Source: Felis catus
Lineage: Eukaryota
Assembly (NCBI RefSeq): GCF_018350175.1
Contig: NC_058368.1
Span: 98,892,001-98,956,000, forward strand
Length of the DNA stretch: 64,000 nt
Reading direction: 5' to 3'
In this document: one piece after another, positions 1 to 11,995 of the stretch
Layout of the letters: each line of letters begins with the position of its first letter
How positions within the stretch are numbered: the first letter of the stretch is position 1
Notes under the pieces: model-generated
Database searches by the model: none
What the model saw: only the letters and a program-made list of their open reading frames with translations
Told to the model about the DNA's origin: nothing
Translations under genes and position numbers: made by a program

Positions 1-889
1 CCGGTTTTGTTGAAGGACAAACTGGATTTCTCTTGTGTATCCCCTTACCGAGTGGTGGTAGTGTGGCAAAGCCTTTGCCACACAGGTCAAATAGTAAAAT
101 ATAGACATACGTGTAAGAACAGTTTTTTCTTTGAAAACATTATACATGTATCTATGCATTATTGCTAAATCAAGGTCAGACGCATTTTCATAGAAAACAT
201 CAGAAAATGTGTAAGTATTTACATTTGAAGATCTCATATGATATCCTTTATGTTATCGTAACCACATTCTAATTTACCTTTACAACACATACTGATTTAA
301 ATATTATACAACTCATCTTGTTTCTAGTAATTTGGAAACATAAGTTCTAAGAGTTTGTATTGGCTTTCTATTTCTCTCTCCCTGCGCTTCATCGTAACAC
401 CAAACTGAAACATCTACTGACGTCTGTCTTATGTAATTTATAATCTCCAGGATAAACCATTTTTCAAAAAATTGTTGAAGTTGACAAAGCAAAACTAATG
501 TCTGGGAATTAAAATATGGTAGCATGGCTGCCCTCAGGTAGTATGCACTGCCCTCAGTGCAGAGTAGGGTTTTGAAAGCAAAAGTCTTAAGTTTTTTTTC
601 TTTTTTAAATTCCCATAGTATTTTTCTATAAAGTTTCTAGAATGGTATACTCTCACGCTGAAGGTAATTTTAGGGTTCCACCCTGTTTAAGTCTTGAAAC
701 TGTTGATGAAGAACTAACGAACACATACTTGCTGGGCACTTTCTTTTAGTCCATCATGGTGTTAAGTGGTTGGAAAGAAGTGTGTTATGATTACTGCCCT
801 CCGTCAACTTGCAATTTAAGTAGAAAAGTGCCCTCACAGATTTTTAGGATTAGAGGTAATGAAAGGCCAAATGGAATGGAGATAAGAAT

Positions 890-1105
890 GGGTGCCTCAG
901 TGGCTCAGTAGGTTAGGTGTTGGACTCTTGGTTTTAACTCAGGTCTTGATCTCACAGTTCATGAGTTCGATTCCCATATCAGGCTCTGTGCTGACAGTGT
1001 GAAGTCTACTTGGGATTCTTTATCTCTCTCTCTCTGCCCTATGCTCTCCCTCTCTTTCTCTCAAAAATAAATAAAAAACTTAAAAACAAAAAACAAAAAC
1101 AAAAA
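890..1105 (+). mobile_element. Can-SINE (SINEC_Fc-type, older subtype)
   Basis: GGGTGCC..TGGCTCAG tRNA-like head, GGTCTTGATCTCACAGTTCATGAGTTCGA, (CT)n tract, AATAAA and A tail. Confidence 0.93.
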
Positions 1106-2239
1106 ATGCAGTTGTGAGGTCTAGGTAAAAGCAAGTTGGGTTCATTAAGAAACATGTGTGGCTTTTTTATACTTGAAATAGACCTAGAGAATTGGGCAGA
1201 CCTTGGCAGGCAGTGAGAAAGAGCGAGAACACAGAATATCTGTGAATCAATTCCTTGTACAAAGTTGAGAAAACAGAGTGTGTGGGACTCTGGGAGGAAG
1301 CAGTAGAAGCACTGCCCAGACCAGAGGAAGATGCATACTGAAAAGTGATTAGGAACCAGGTTGGGTAAAGGGTCTGATGATAAGAATATGGTGATACTAC
1401 GAGTAAACCTGCAGAGCATGTTGTTATGTACATTGCAGATTCGGGGGCAAGACTAACGAGAAATGGAGACAGGAAGAGTATCATTTTAGAAAACGAAGTT
1501 TGTGTTGGATCACAAAAACCATAGTATATGCCAGTGCTGAAGAGTATGTGTATATATACATAGGACATTGGTAGTCTATTATATACTTGGAGCAGCTCAG
1601 TGCTATGCTCACAGCTGAGCTTTGAGAGGCAGGATTTTGTGGTATTCATAAATGTAATATCTAAAGACCCCCTGGCTTTAAATTCTTGATCAACCAACCT
1701 TTGTGATATTAGGCAAGGCCATTTTAAACTCTGTGTTTGCTGTTGTGAGCATTAATGAGATATTATACGTAAACAGGTACAATGTTTGGAACACGATAAA
1801 GTCTATATAAATATTATCTACTATTAAGCTAGCAGCAACATTTAAGTAAATAGATATGAATATATTTAATGAATAAAAAATCAGATCTGATAGTAGAGGC
1901 AAGAAAAGGTCAACATCTAAGATAATGACTTTGCGCTTGGAAATACTGTAGGTGGTAAAAGTAACATGATTGATAACTGAATTTTGCTCCAAATTGGTAA
2001 GTAACATAGACGAATGACTTTTGTTCCCTACTTCACCTATAAGAGATGTAGAACCACTTTTTAAAGCTTCTTAAAATTCTAACTTATGAGGTTTGTTGAT
2101 GCTGGGGATTTATAAGAGAGTGCCTCTCTAGGGCTTAAAAAAATACTACATTCTCAGAGTACTTAGCATTTAAAAGACAGATTGTGGGAAATGGAAGGGT
2201 TGTTGAAATCAGCATGACAGACAAGAGTTAGTCTTATAA

Positions 2240-2560
2240 TCTCAGGGGAGAGTCAAACTCATAACCCGTGTGCTTGATGTCACTTGCATCAAAAGTCTAG
2301 AAAATATTATTAAAAGAGTAATTAATGGAAATAAAAAAGAGAAGAGAGCGCAGTGATCACTAGAGCCTAGAAAGCCTAGATTCTGTACAAAGTCAGGTTC
2401 ATTTCAGCTGCTTTCTTTCACGCTATCAGGGAAAAACAGATTCAAGGCATTTTTACAATATTTGCCCCCATTCTTTGTAGACAAGGTACAAATAAATAAT
2501 ATAGGTACACATACTGGATATATGGACTACCAAATGGATCAGTAATTGGTTGAAATGGTT
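2240..2560 (+). mobile_element. L3/CR1 LINE fragment (RT region, highly decayed)
   Basis: GTGCTTGATGTC..AAAAGTCTAGAAAATATTATTAAAAG..GTGATCACTAGAGCC..CAAGGCATTTTTACAA..CTTTGTAGACAAG resembles the recalled L3 consensus. Confidence 0.6.
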
Positions 2561-2821
2561 TGAAATTCCTTTCAAATACTTGATAGAGAAGAGTAGAAAT
2601 GACTGGTTTGAAGAAGCGCTGGCATTCAAAGTAAAAGATGAAAGCTACAAACAAAGGGAACTCTACTAAATTTAAGAGAAACATGTATAACTGAGTCATC
2701 TAACCGTGAGTGGATTCCCATTGCTGATTATGGTTTGTTTGTTTGGTTGGTTGGTTGGTTTTCCATTTGCTGATGATGTTTAAACAGAATAGACAGCTGG
2801 GGATCTGGAAATCACAGAGAA

Positions 2822-3245
2822 TGTGGCATGAATGTTTGCTGTTTTTGCCTGCCCAGTGTGCACATTCCATATTCCTGCACAGTGATAAAGTTTTGCATTA
2901 AGAGACTAATCTACCTTTGTTGGAAAAGGTTTAGAGAGTCTGCTAATAGAATGTCTTCCTCTCCTGGCTAAGTGGGCAACTTGATGTAGATCTTTCAGAA
3001 TTTCTTTACAAGCTGAGCTGTCACAGATGGGATCTTACTCATCCCTTGAGACCAACACAATGGAAACTACCTGTGAGTTCCCCAAACTCTGTTGGGAGTT
3101 GCTCTAGTTTCACTTCTTCCAAGGAAGCATCTTTTCACTGTCAATTCTCAGAGATCCTTCTCACTTTTATAATCACTTCATAATATTGCAAAACTCTCCA
3201 GATTTGCTTTCTGTTGTTTAAAACCAGAGAATCTTGGTGAATACA
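2822..3245 (+). mobile_element. ERVL solo LTR, LTR33-like
   Basis: Starts TGTGGCATGAATGTTTGCTGTTTTTGCCTGCCCAG, ends TTTCTGTTGTTTAAAACCAGAGAATCTTGGTGAATACA; TG..CA termini. Confidence 0.65.
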
Positions 3246-4400
3246 CAAGTGTCAAGCTGTACATTCGTTATCGAACTAAATCACTGTTAAAAATATCTTT
3301 GCATCCAGAATGTCCATGATTCTCTGATGTAGAAAAATCTTTGTCCCTTTTTAATAGGAAAAAAAATGATAGTGGAACAGAGGAACTAGAAAATTGTTGA
3401 CAGGGTGAAAAATCACAGCTCTATTTTCTTCTGATTGTGAAATTTTAGGGAATTAGTCATAATGACCTGCTATGCAGGGTTTTGAGATTTTTATTTATGT
3501 AAAGCTTTCTCTTTGGTTCCAGTGTCCTGCACTTGTTCTGTATTCGATCTTGACATCTGATCTTTAGAAATGATCGAAAGGCCTAACCCAGTAATTTCAT
3601 GAAATCTGACATTATCTCTATCAATGTCAGTTTCAACAAGCAATCACATTTACCTTGCAGGCCAGGGGGACCCTGTCACTCAGGAAAATAAATAGGATTT
3701 CCTACCTCAAGGAGATTGAATTAATCCCCTGGACCAAATAGTGAAGAATTCACTCAACAGGAGGCTGTCCTGTCTCCTTTTATCAGATCCATAAGATTGT
3801 CTTCATGTATTTACATAAGTCATCTGGATGGTTATTGGACATAAGTCAATGGAGTAGACTGCGTATAAGAAATATAAAACAATCTTTGAAAGAATATGCC
3901 TTTGGCGTCTACTTTTTCTGTCCTCCACTTGGCTAAACCACGCTCTGTTACTGACTGTCGCTGGAAGTGTTAGGTCTTCAGTTATCTGACCTCGCCCATC
4001 TGTACCTCTCCTGTTTTCTGGGAATCATCTTAACTTCTGCCAATTCTCTCCTTAATCTCTTTTCTATGTTGGTGCCCGTCAGGGATAGATCTTTAATCAT
4101 CTCTCTGATATTTTGTGTATGTGAATTGGACAAATCAAGTGTTCTCACTTGGAAAAAAAATATGGAATATATTCTATTTCCTCATGGTTTTCTTTTTCTT
4201 TATATTTTTTTTGTTTGTTTCCTTGCTTGCCAGAAAGTTATATGTCTTACTCTCCTGTAATTCTTGTAATCTCTCTTAAATCTTTAATTAATTTTTCTTT
4301 CTTATTTCAAGTATGAACTCTTCTCTTGCCTATGTTAAAATCTTAAGCTTCTGACTGTCTTTCTGGGTCGTTTCTTTTTTGACATTTTAAAAGAAGCACT

Positions 4401-4611
4401 ATTTATTTTTTTAAATTTTTTAATGTTTATTAATTTTTGATAGAGTGCAAGTGGGGGAGGTGCAGAGAGAGAGGGAGACACAAAATCTGAAGCAAGCTCC
4501 AGGATCCAAGCTGTCAGCACAGAGCCCGATGTGGGGCTCAAATTTATGGACAGCGAGATCATGACCTGTGCCAAAGTTGGATGCTTACCCAACTGAGCCA
4601 TCCAGGTGCCC
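4401..4611 (-). mobile_element. Can-SINE (SINEC_Fc)
   Basis: T-rich tail, (GA)n, GAGATCATGACCTG, ends CTGAGCCATCCAGGTGCCC. Confidence 0.95.
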
Positions 4612-4614
4612 TAT

Positions 4615-5000
4615 GATTACTGTAACTTTGTAAAAAGGCTTGAAATAAGGCAGGGTTAGTCTGTAACTTTGTGCTTTTTCTTCCCAAAGTTATTTTGGCC
4701 ATTCTAGGTCTTGTACATTTCCATGTGAATTATAGAAAAAGTTTTTAAATTTCTTCTATAAAAACCCACTTTGATTTTGATTGGGTTGGCATTTAATGTA
4801 CAGGTCACTTTGGGGAGAATTGGTATCTAAACAACTCTGAGTCCTTCCAGCTCATGATAATGGTATGTTACTCTATTTATTTCTTTAAAATTGCTCTCAG
4901 GAATATTTTATAATTTTCAGCCTATATAAATCCTGCATATAATCTGTGTGATATACATCTAAGTGTAATCATTTTTTTTTGGGTGCTGCTATAAAGGTTT
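4615..5000 (-). mobile_element. Old L1M ORF2 fragment (left part)
   Basis: Antisense ORF2 motifs GATTTTGATTGGGTTGGCATTTAATGTACAGGTCACTTTGGGGAGAATTG; continues at ~6720. Confidence 0.8.
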
Positions 5001-5070
5001 TTTTTAAGGCTTAATTTTTTAGAGTAAAGTAAAATTTTTAGAGTAAATAAAATTAAGGGGGAGATACACA

Positions 5071-5320
5071 GGGATGTCTGGGTGACTCAGTCAGTTAAGT
5101 TAAGCATCCGATTTTGGCTTAGGTCATGATCTCACATTCTTGGGTCGAGTCCTGCGTTGGGCTCTGTGCTGACAGCTCAGATCCTGGAGCCTGCTTCGGA
5201 TTCTGTCTCCCTGTCTCTCTGCCCCTCCCCTGCTGGTTCTCTCTCTGTCTCTCTCTCTCACTCTTTCTCTCTCTTTCTCTCCCACTCTCTCTCAAAAATA
5301 AATAATAAACATTAAAAAAA
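5071..5320 (+). mobile_element. Can-SINE (SINEC_Fc) inside L1MC1
   Basis: Head, GGTCATGATCTCAC, CTGGAGCCTGCTTCGGATTCTG, long (CT)n, A tail; degenerate TSD GGAGATAYACA. Confidence 0.95.
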
Positions 5321-5738
5321 CAGAAGGAGATATACAGATTGCCCCTACCTCAAATCATGCATAGCTTCAACCACTATGAACATCACCTACTGAATGGTAT
5401 ATTTGTTATAGTTGATGAACCTACGTTGACATTATAATTACCCAAAGTCCATTGTTAACTTTAGAATTCAGTCTTGGTATTTTACATTCTATGAGTTTGG
5501 AAAAATGTATAATGACATGTATCAATCATTATGATATCAGACAGAGAATTTTTACTCTCCAAAAATCCTCTGTGCTCTACCTTCCTCCTCTTCAACCCCT
5601 GGCAACCAGCACTCTATTGCCCTCTCCATAGTTCTGCCTTTTCCAGAATGTCACATAATTGGAATCATATAGTATGTACCCTTTTTAGATTGGCTTCTTT
5701 CACTTAGTAATATGCATTTATGTTTCCTCCATATCTTT

Positions 5739-5963
5739 TTTTTATTAAAACAAATTTTTTAATGTATATTTATTTTTGAGAGGTAGAGAGACAGAGTGCA
5801 AGCACGGGAGGGGCCAAGAAAGAGGGAGACCCAGAATCCAAAGCAGGCTCCAGGCTCTAAGCTGTCAGCACAGAGCCTGACGTGGGGCTTGAACTCATGA
5901 ACTGAGAGATCATGACCTGAGCTGAAGTCGGATGCCCAACCAACTGAGCCACCCAGGGACCCC
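5739..5963 (-). mobile_element. Can-SINE (SINEC_Fc) inside L1MC1
   Basis: Full antisense SINE; TSD TTCCTCCAT(A/G)TCTTT at 5724-5738 and 5964-5978. Confidence 0.96.
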
Positions 5964-6719
5964 TTCCTCCATGTCTTTATATGAGTCGATAGCTCATTTC
6001 TTTTTAGCAATGGATGATCTTCTGTTGTCTGGATATATCACCTACTGAAGGATGCCTAAGCAGCTTCCAAGCTTGGGCAATGATGAATAAAGCTGCTGTA
6101 AGCATCCTTGGGCATGCTTTTCTGTACACGTAAATTTTCAACTCCTTTGGGTAAATACCAAGGAGCACATTTGCCAGATCATATGATAAGAGTATATTTC
6201 ATTTTGTAGGAAACTACCAAACCTGTCTTGCAAAGAGACTCTACCATTTTGCATTCCTACTACCAGTGAACTAGAGTTCCTTTTGTTCCACTTCCTCACC
6301 AGCATTTGCTATTGTAAGTGGTCCAAATTTGGGCCGTTCTAGTAGGTGTGTGGTGGCATCTCATTGTTTTAATTTGCATTTCTTCATTGATATATAAAGT
6401 AGAGCATCTTCTTGTTTGTGTATTTGCCATGTGTGTATTTTCTTCGATGTTGTGTTTCTTAAGAATTTTGGCCCATTTTTTAATCCCCTTGGTTGTTCTC
6501 TTCTTGTTGAACTTTAAGAATTCTTTGTATATTTTAGCTAAGGGTCCTTTCTCAGATGTGTCTTTTAAAATCATTTCCTTCTAGTCTGTGGCTTGTTTTC
6601 TAATTCTCTTGACATTGTCCTTTGCAAAGCAGAAGTTTTTAATTTTAATAAAATCTAGCTTGTCAATTATTTCATTCACAGATTGTGCCTTTGGTGTCAT
6701 ATATGTGATTTCATTGCCA

Positions 6720-7470
6720 GTATTTTTTTTTTAATTTCATATTCCACCAGTTCAATGCTGATATATTGGAACATGATTGAGTTTTGTGTTTTGGCTTTAT
6801 ATTCTGAAAACATGCTAGACTCATGAATTAATCCTGGCCACTTTTGTATAGATTCTTTGAATTTTCTGCAAAGACTTTTGGGTCATCTTCAGAGATGGGT
6901 TTACATCTCTCTTTCCAATATGTATGCTTTTTATTACTTTTTATTGCACTACCTGGGACTCTCAGTACAGTGTGGAATAGGGGCAATAAAAGAAGATATT
7001 CTTATCTCAATCCCAATTTTAGAGGGGAAGTATTGAGTGTTTTACCACTAAGTGTAATGTTAGTTGTAGTTTTTCGTTTAATGCTGATTAAGCCAAGATT
7101 TTTTTCTATTTCTACTTTGCTGAACAATTTTTTCTTGTAAAAAGATGTTGAATTTTGTCATGTGCTTTTCTTTATCTATTGAGACTGTCATATAGCTTTT
7201 CTTTTTTAATATGGTAAATATTTATTGATTTTTGAATGTTGCTTCTAAGTTTGATTTGGTACTATTTTGTTGAGTAATTTCTATACCTTTATTTATACTA
7301 GGTCGATAATCAAAATCATTTATTGGGTTTTGGTATTAAGGTAAGTTGCCTTTATTGACTTTGGGAGAGTGTTTATTTCTTCTATTGTTTGGAGAAGATT
7401 GTATAGAATTGGCATAATTGTTTTTCTTCAGTGTTCCATCAGTTTCAGCAGTGCAACCATTTGGGTCTTG
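6720..7470 (-). mobile_element. Old L1M ORF2 fragment (right part)
   Basis: TTTAGAGGGGAAGTATTGAGTGTTTTACCACTAAGTGTAATGTTAG and GATGTTGAATTTTGTCATGTGCTTTTC are antisense RT-region motifs. Confidence 0.82.
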
Positions 7471-7669
7471 AGTTATCTTTGTAAACTTAGCCAGTGGCTG
7501 CTGTTCATCTCCCATAGTCATTATTGTGTGTAAACTGCCCATCTTCTTGAACTTCCCTGGTGCTATTTGGTAGGGAGATCCTCTTAGAGTATTGGAATGC
7601 CCTTTGTTAGCAGCCCTAGAGACTTCACCATCTCATGCTAGCCCACACTTAGTTTGGCAATATGTTTTT

Positions 7670-7886
7670 ATTAAAAATTTTTAATGTTTATTTATTTTTG
7701 AGAGAGAGAGAGGAGAGAGAGTGCAAGCAGGGGTGGAACACAGAGAGGGAGACACACAATCAGAAGCAGGCTCCAGGCTCTGAGCTGTTAGCACAGAGCC
7801 CGACGCAGGGCTCAAACCCACGGACCGTGAGATCATGACCTGAGCTGAAGTCAGAAGCTTAACCGACTGAGCCACCCAGGCACCCC
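7670..7886 (-). mobile_element. Can-SINE (SINEC_Fc)
   Basis: Full antisense SINE; TSD GTTTGGCAAWATGTTT on both sides. Confidence 0.96.
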
Positions 7887-9692
7887 TGGTTTGGCAAAAT
7901 GTTTATTAAAAAAAAAACCCTCAGTCTTCTTACTGGCTTATGTGTCACTTGGCAGCATCTATCTATTTCTAGGTGACACTTCATTTCTTCTGGCAGGTAT
8001 CTGTCTCCCTGTCTCAGGATAGTCATTTTCTCTGTGATTTCACGTCTCTGGAGATTTCAAGAAAAGTATTTAACTTGCAATTTGTCAATTTTTCTCTCAT
8101 TGTAGTGGTGGGAGCAATGCTCTTTGCAGGTCTAAACTGAAATTTTTTATATCTCTGAGATGAAACTGGTAACCCAATACTCTGAATTGCTAATATTGTT
8201 TCATAACAAGATCACCAGAATGTCAAAAACATTTTTTGAGTCACATACAGAAAAAACATTTTGGCTCAAATATGTATTAATACAGAATATTTATCAGAAG
8301 CATTGTGTTCTACATTAAGAAACATATCCGTATTCATGTTTGCTAATACAACTTTTCAGAATTGTGTAGTGGCGAATCTGTGGATACTTGTATGTACACT
8401 ACAGAAGCAACTAGAGAATTCCAATGAAGTAAAACACAAAACTTAACTTAAAATTAAATAGGACAAAATTTTTTATTAGGAGCTTGGTTATGTCACATAA
8501 ATTATTTTCTACCTGTATGTGGGAAGAGTGTTGATGGTACCTGAGCTTTAAAATTTGTGTTTTGGAATAGTTCTAGAATGTTAGAGAAAAGACAAATGCA
8601 ATTCTTAATGTTTTATTTTTAAATCATTGATTGGTGTTCATAGTAAGGACTCTCTCATGGTGGATTTTTTTTTTTTTTGGTCTGAAGCAATAGAAACACA
8701 GAATGTATAGATCTCTCACTTAATGGCAGTTATTCATGATGTTCTTATTCTGAATAGTGCAAAGAAATAACATAATGCTATTAACATTTAAATCACTTTG
8801 TAAACACAACTTTCTTTTATTTTAGAAAGAAAAAGCTAAAAAAAAAAGCCTATTTTTAATCACCTTGACCTGAGATTTGAAACTGAATTTGGATTACCTT
8901 AATTGAGATGTAGAAAATTGAGAAAACAATGACACAATTCAGAAAATTACAGTCAGTGTAATCAAAGTGTTTATTTTAGATCCTCAAGCTATGTGTTAAA
9001 ATTCTCATTAAGCTTTTCCTCTCCCATTGGAAAAGTTGATAAGAATACCACTTATTTCATCTATAATGCAAAATAATTAATACTAAAGAACATAATTATT
9101 TATGTTTAAATTAGAAACATTTATTTTCAAACAGCAAGAGTAGGTGGAAGGAACTGTGTAATATCACGAAAAAGTATTTACAGAAAGGAAGCTGCATACA
9201 CAATATCTCTCTTCTGAGTTTGTTGTTGTTGTTGTTGCTGTTGTTGTGAGAAGTAAGTAGTGGAGAAGTATGAGAGGGTATTTTCAAAGTTGAAATTTTC
9301 CGAAGGCTAATTTCAGATCAACTTTTCTCATATAGTTTTAGATGGACTTATTGTTGAAAAAAGATCTCTGACAAATGCCTCCCCTAACCGCTTCCCCTCA
9401 CCTCATGATGAAATGAAAATCAGAACATGCTTGAAGCCAGACAAAATGTATAAATCAACATAGTTCATACTCTGAATCATTTTTCATTCATTTTCCTTGT
9501 GAAAATTTGATACCTTTCTGTACCAAAGCATTTAACAGCAAGGTTTTGTTTAGTTAATAAGAATTTTGTGGAAATTTGAAACAAATTAACTGTTAACTGA
9601 ATTGGTCAGAGAGCATCTTGGAAAAAATGTATTTAGGCGTAAGTTTTGATATCTTTAAAGCTTAATATAAGAACCTGATAAGGCAAATTATT

Positions 9693-9904
9693 TAAAAAAA
9701 ATTATTTTTATTTTTGAGAGAGAGAGAGAGAGACAGAGTGCCAAGGGGAAGGAGTAGAGAGAGAGGGAGACACAGAATGGAAACAGACTACAGGCTCTGA
9801 GCTGTCAGCACAGAGCTTGACGCAGGGCTCAAACTCGTGAACAGCGAGATCATGACCTGAGCCAAAGTTGGATGCTTAACTGACTGAGCCACCCAGCCAC
9901 CCCC
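9693..9904 (-). mobile_element. Can-SINE (SINEC_Fc)
   Basis: Full antisense SINE; identical TSD TGATAAGGCAAATTATT at 9676-9692 and 9905-9921. Confidence 0.96.
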
Positions 9905-10471
9905 TGATAAGGCAAATTATTAATTCATCCTGATATAATTTAAGCCAAATTATATGCTCTATAGGTAAATGCAGATAGTAGTATGAAAAAGTTAGGACTT
10001 TTTAATTCTTTCATGAATAAGGAAACACTAATGATTTTTCAGCAGGTAAGTGATGTGATGAAAGAGCTATTTGTAAGAGTCAGCCTTGTGTGCAGGGTGG
10101 TTTGGGGGCTGTTTAAACATAAGAGGTTCGAGAAAAATTGGTTGACATGTTTCAAAAGTTCTAAAGAAGTTCAGGAGTATAGGGGTTAACAAATGACCTT
10201 TAAATCAGTCCCTCACCTGTGAAAGTATAATTTCAGTAGAGTGATCTGGTTGGCGATAAGGACATATGGGGGTTAAAATTTCCCTTATATCCTCCAAGTA
10301 ATAAGTTAACATTAATGTGGGAGAAAGAACAGGTACATAACTAAAACAAGAATATAATGAAAGTGTTCTGTTGAGGCTGGCCAGAAGGGCATCAGCTTTG
10401 CTGGGATCAACTTAGATATTTTAAAGTAAACAATGGAGTCTTAGAGACTGAACAAGATGAAGACTGGTAGG

Positions 10472-10802
10472 TGATATATATATATATACATACATACACA
10501 CATATACACATGCATTCATGTGTACATACACACATATATACATATATAAATATACACATACATACATACATACATACATACATACATACACATATACACA
10601 TATACAAATGCGCACATGCACAAATACATACACACATGCATGCATACATATACACATATATACACATCTTTACATACACAAATGCACACATACACACTTG
10701 CATACACATGTGCATACATACATACACACATACATATACATATATCCATGCACACCTGCACGCACACTCATACACATGCATGGACATACAGACACATACA
10801 TA
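10472..10802. repeat. Compound (TA/CA/TACA)n microsatellite, ~330 bp
   Basis: Nearly continuous alternating purine-pyrimidine tract; source of the six His/Thr/Tyr or Cys/Val/Met ORFs. Confidence 0.97.
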
Positions 10803-11127
10803 TAGCTGACCCTTGAACAACGTGGGTTAAAATATCATGGGTCCACATTTACACTGATTTTTTTGAAATAAATACAGCACAATACTGTAAAAGTATTTTC
10901 TTCTTCTTATGATTTTAACACTTTATTCTAGCTTACTTAATTGTAAGATTCCAATATATAGTACATATAACATACAAAGTATGTGTTAACTATTTATGTT
11001 ATCAATAAAGCTTCTAGTCAACAATAGGATGTTAGTAGTTCAATTTGGGGGAGTCAAAAGTTATATGTGGATTTTTAGCTGTGGGGGTTCAGCATCCCTA
11101 ACCCCTGCATTGTTCAAGGGTCAACTG
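10803..11127 (+). mobile_element. Tigger2a-like non-autonomous TcMar DNA transposon
   Basis: TIRs TAGCTGACCCTTGAACAA ... TTGTTCAAGGGTCAACTG, TA on both sides, internal GGGGGAGTCAAAAGTTATATGTGGATTTT. Confidence 0.9.
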
Positions 11128-11789
11128 TATTATATATTGTATATAGTAATTATACATATTAATATAGACATATTAAAAATTGAAATACTTGCTAAACATT
11201 CAACTTGGGTCAGCCTTCAGACTAGCATGTTGATGGTGACGGTGAAGATCTAAGAGACATTCACATGGAACTACTCTGCAGCCATCACCGTGCGGAGTGA
11301 ATTCATAGGCGTGATCTCACTGAATTCGTACAACTACCGTATGAGGCAGAAACTATTAGTGTACCCGTGTGGGTAAAAAGGTTACTTAGTTACTTAATTA
11401 TGTGCACTCTGACATGAAGCTTATGTTTATTTTTGTTTGCTTGTTTTTTCAAGTATTTGTTTAAATTCCAGTTAACATGCAATGTGTTACCAGTTTTAGG
11501 CGAAGTGTATGTTTTATTCACCAGAAAACCTGTAGAAATGATCTTAGACTTTTGTTTCCTGACATAAGTAAAACTCAAGCAAAAGACAAGAGTTTTTCTC
11601 CCTCAGCAGAGGAAGACCATATGTTTAATCTTATTACTAACTCCTGTACCACTGGCAATAAAAAGACTGAGGGTGACATTAAAATATACGAGCCGAAACT
11701 TTCTGCTTCAGTAACCAGACACCCTGAGGTGGAAAGGAGGGTGCAACTATTTTAGATGGAAATGCTAGAGGAAATGAGAAATGGAGAAT

Positions 11790-11995
11790 AGAATGGCATA
11801 GAGGGTACTCTCTGGAGGGAAGCTGCGGGTTGCAATCCTGGCTTTGCCATTCCCTGGTTCAGTTAGGCAAGTTTCTGTACTTCTTTAACTTTTTGCGTTT
11901 TCTCATCGGCAAAATGAAGTCATTGGGCTTGCCTCTAAGGCCTTCCATGTGGTATAATGTCAGGCAGATAGCACAGCACTTCTCTTCAGTAAGTA
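11790..11995 (+). mobile_element. MIR fragment
   Basis: GGGTTGCAATCCTGGCTTTGCCA..TAGGCAAGTT..TTTTCTCATCGGCAAAATG core similarity. Confidence 0.6.

Larger units (their letters stand above)
5005..6719 (-). mobile_element. L1MC1-like 3' end plus ORF2 end, interrupted by two SINEs
   Basis: GATGAACCTACGTTGACATTATAATTACCCAAAGTCCAT, AAAATCCTCTGTGCTCTACC and AACTCCTTTGGGTAAATACCAAGGAGC match the recalled L1MC1 3' consensus. Confidence 0.85.

Noticed and set aside
1167..1697. Longest ORF in the window (176 aa)
   Set aside because: No recognisable homology; overlaps decayed L2/MIR-like sequence
6296..6574. ORF resembling an RT C-terminus (KIYKEFLKFNKK..EMQIKTMRCHHTPTR)
   Set aside because: Decayed L1 ORF2 remnant within the L1MC1 copy; the same applies to 20104-20379
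10407..10820. Six overlapping ORFs rich in His/Thr/Tyr or Cys/Val/Met
   Set aside because: Translation of the (CA/TA)n microsatellite
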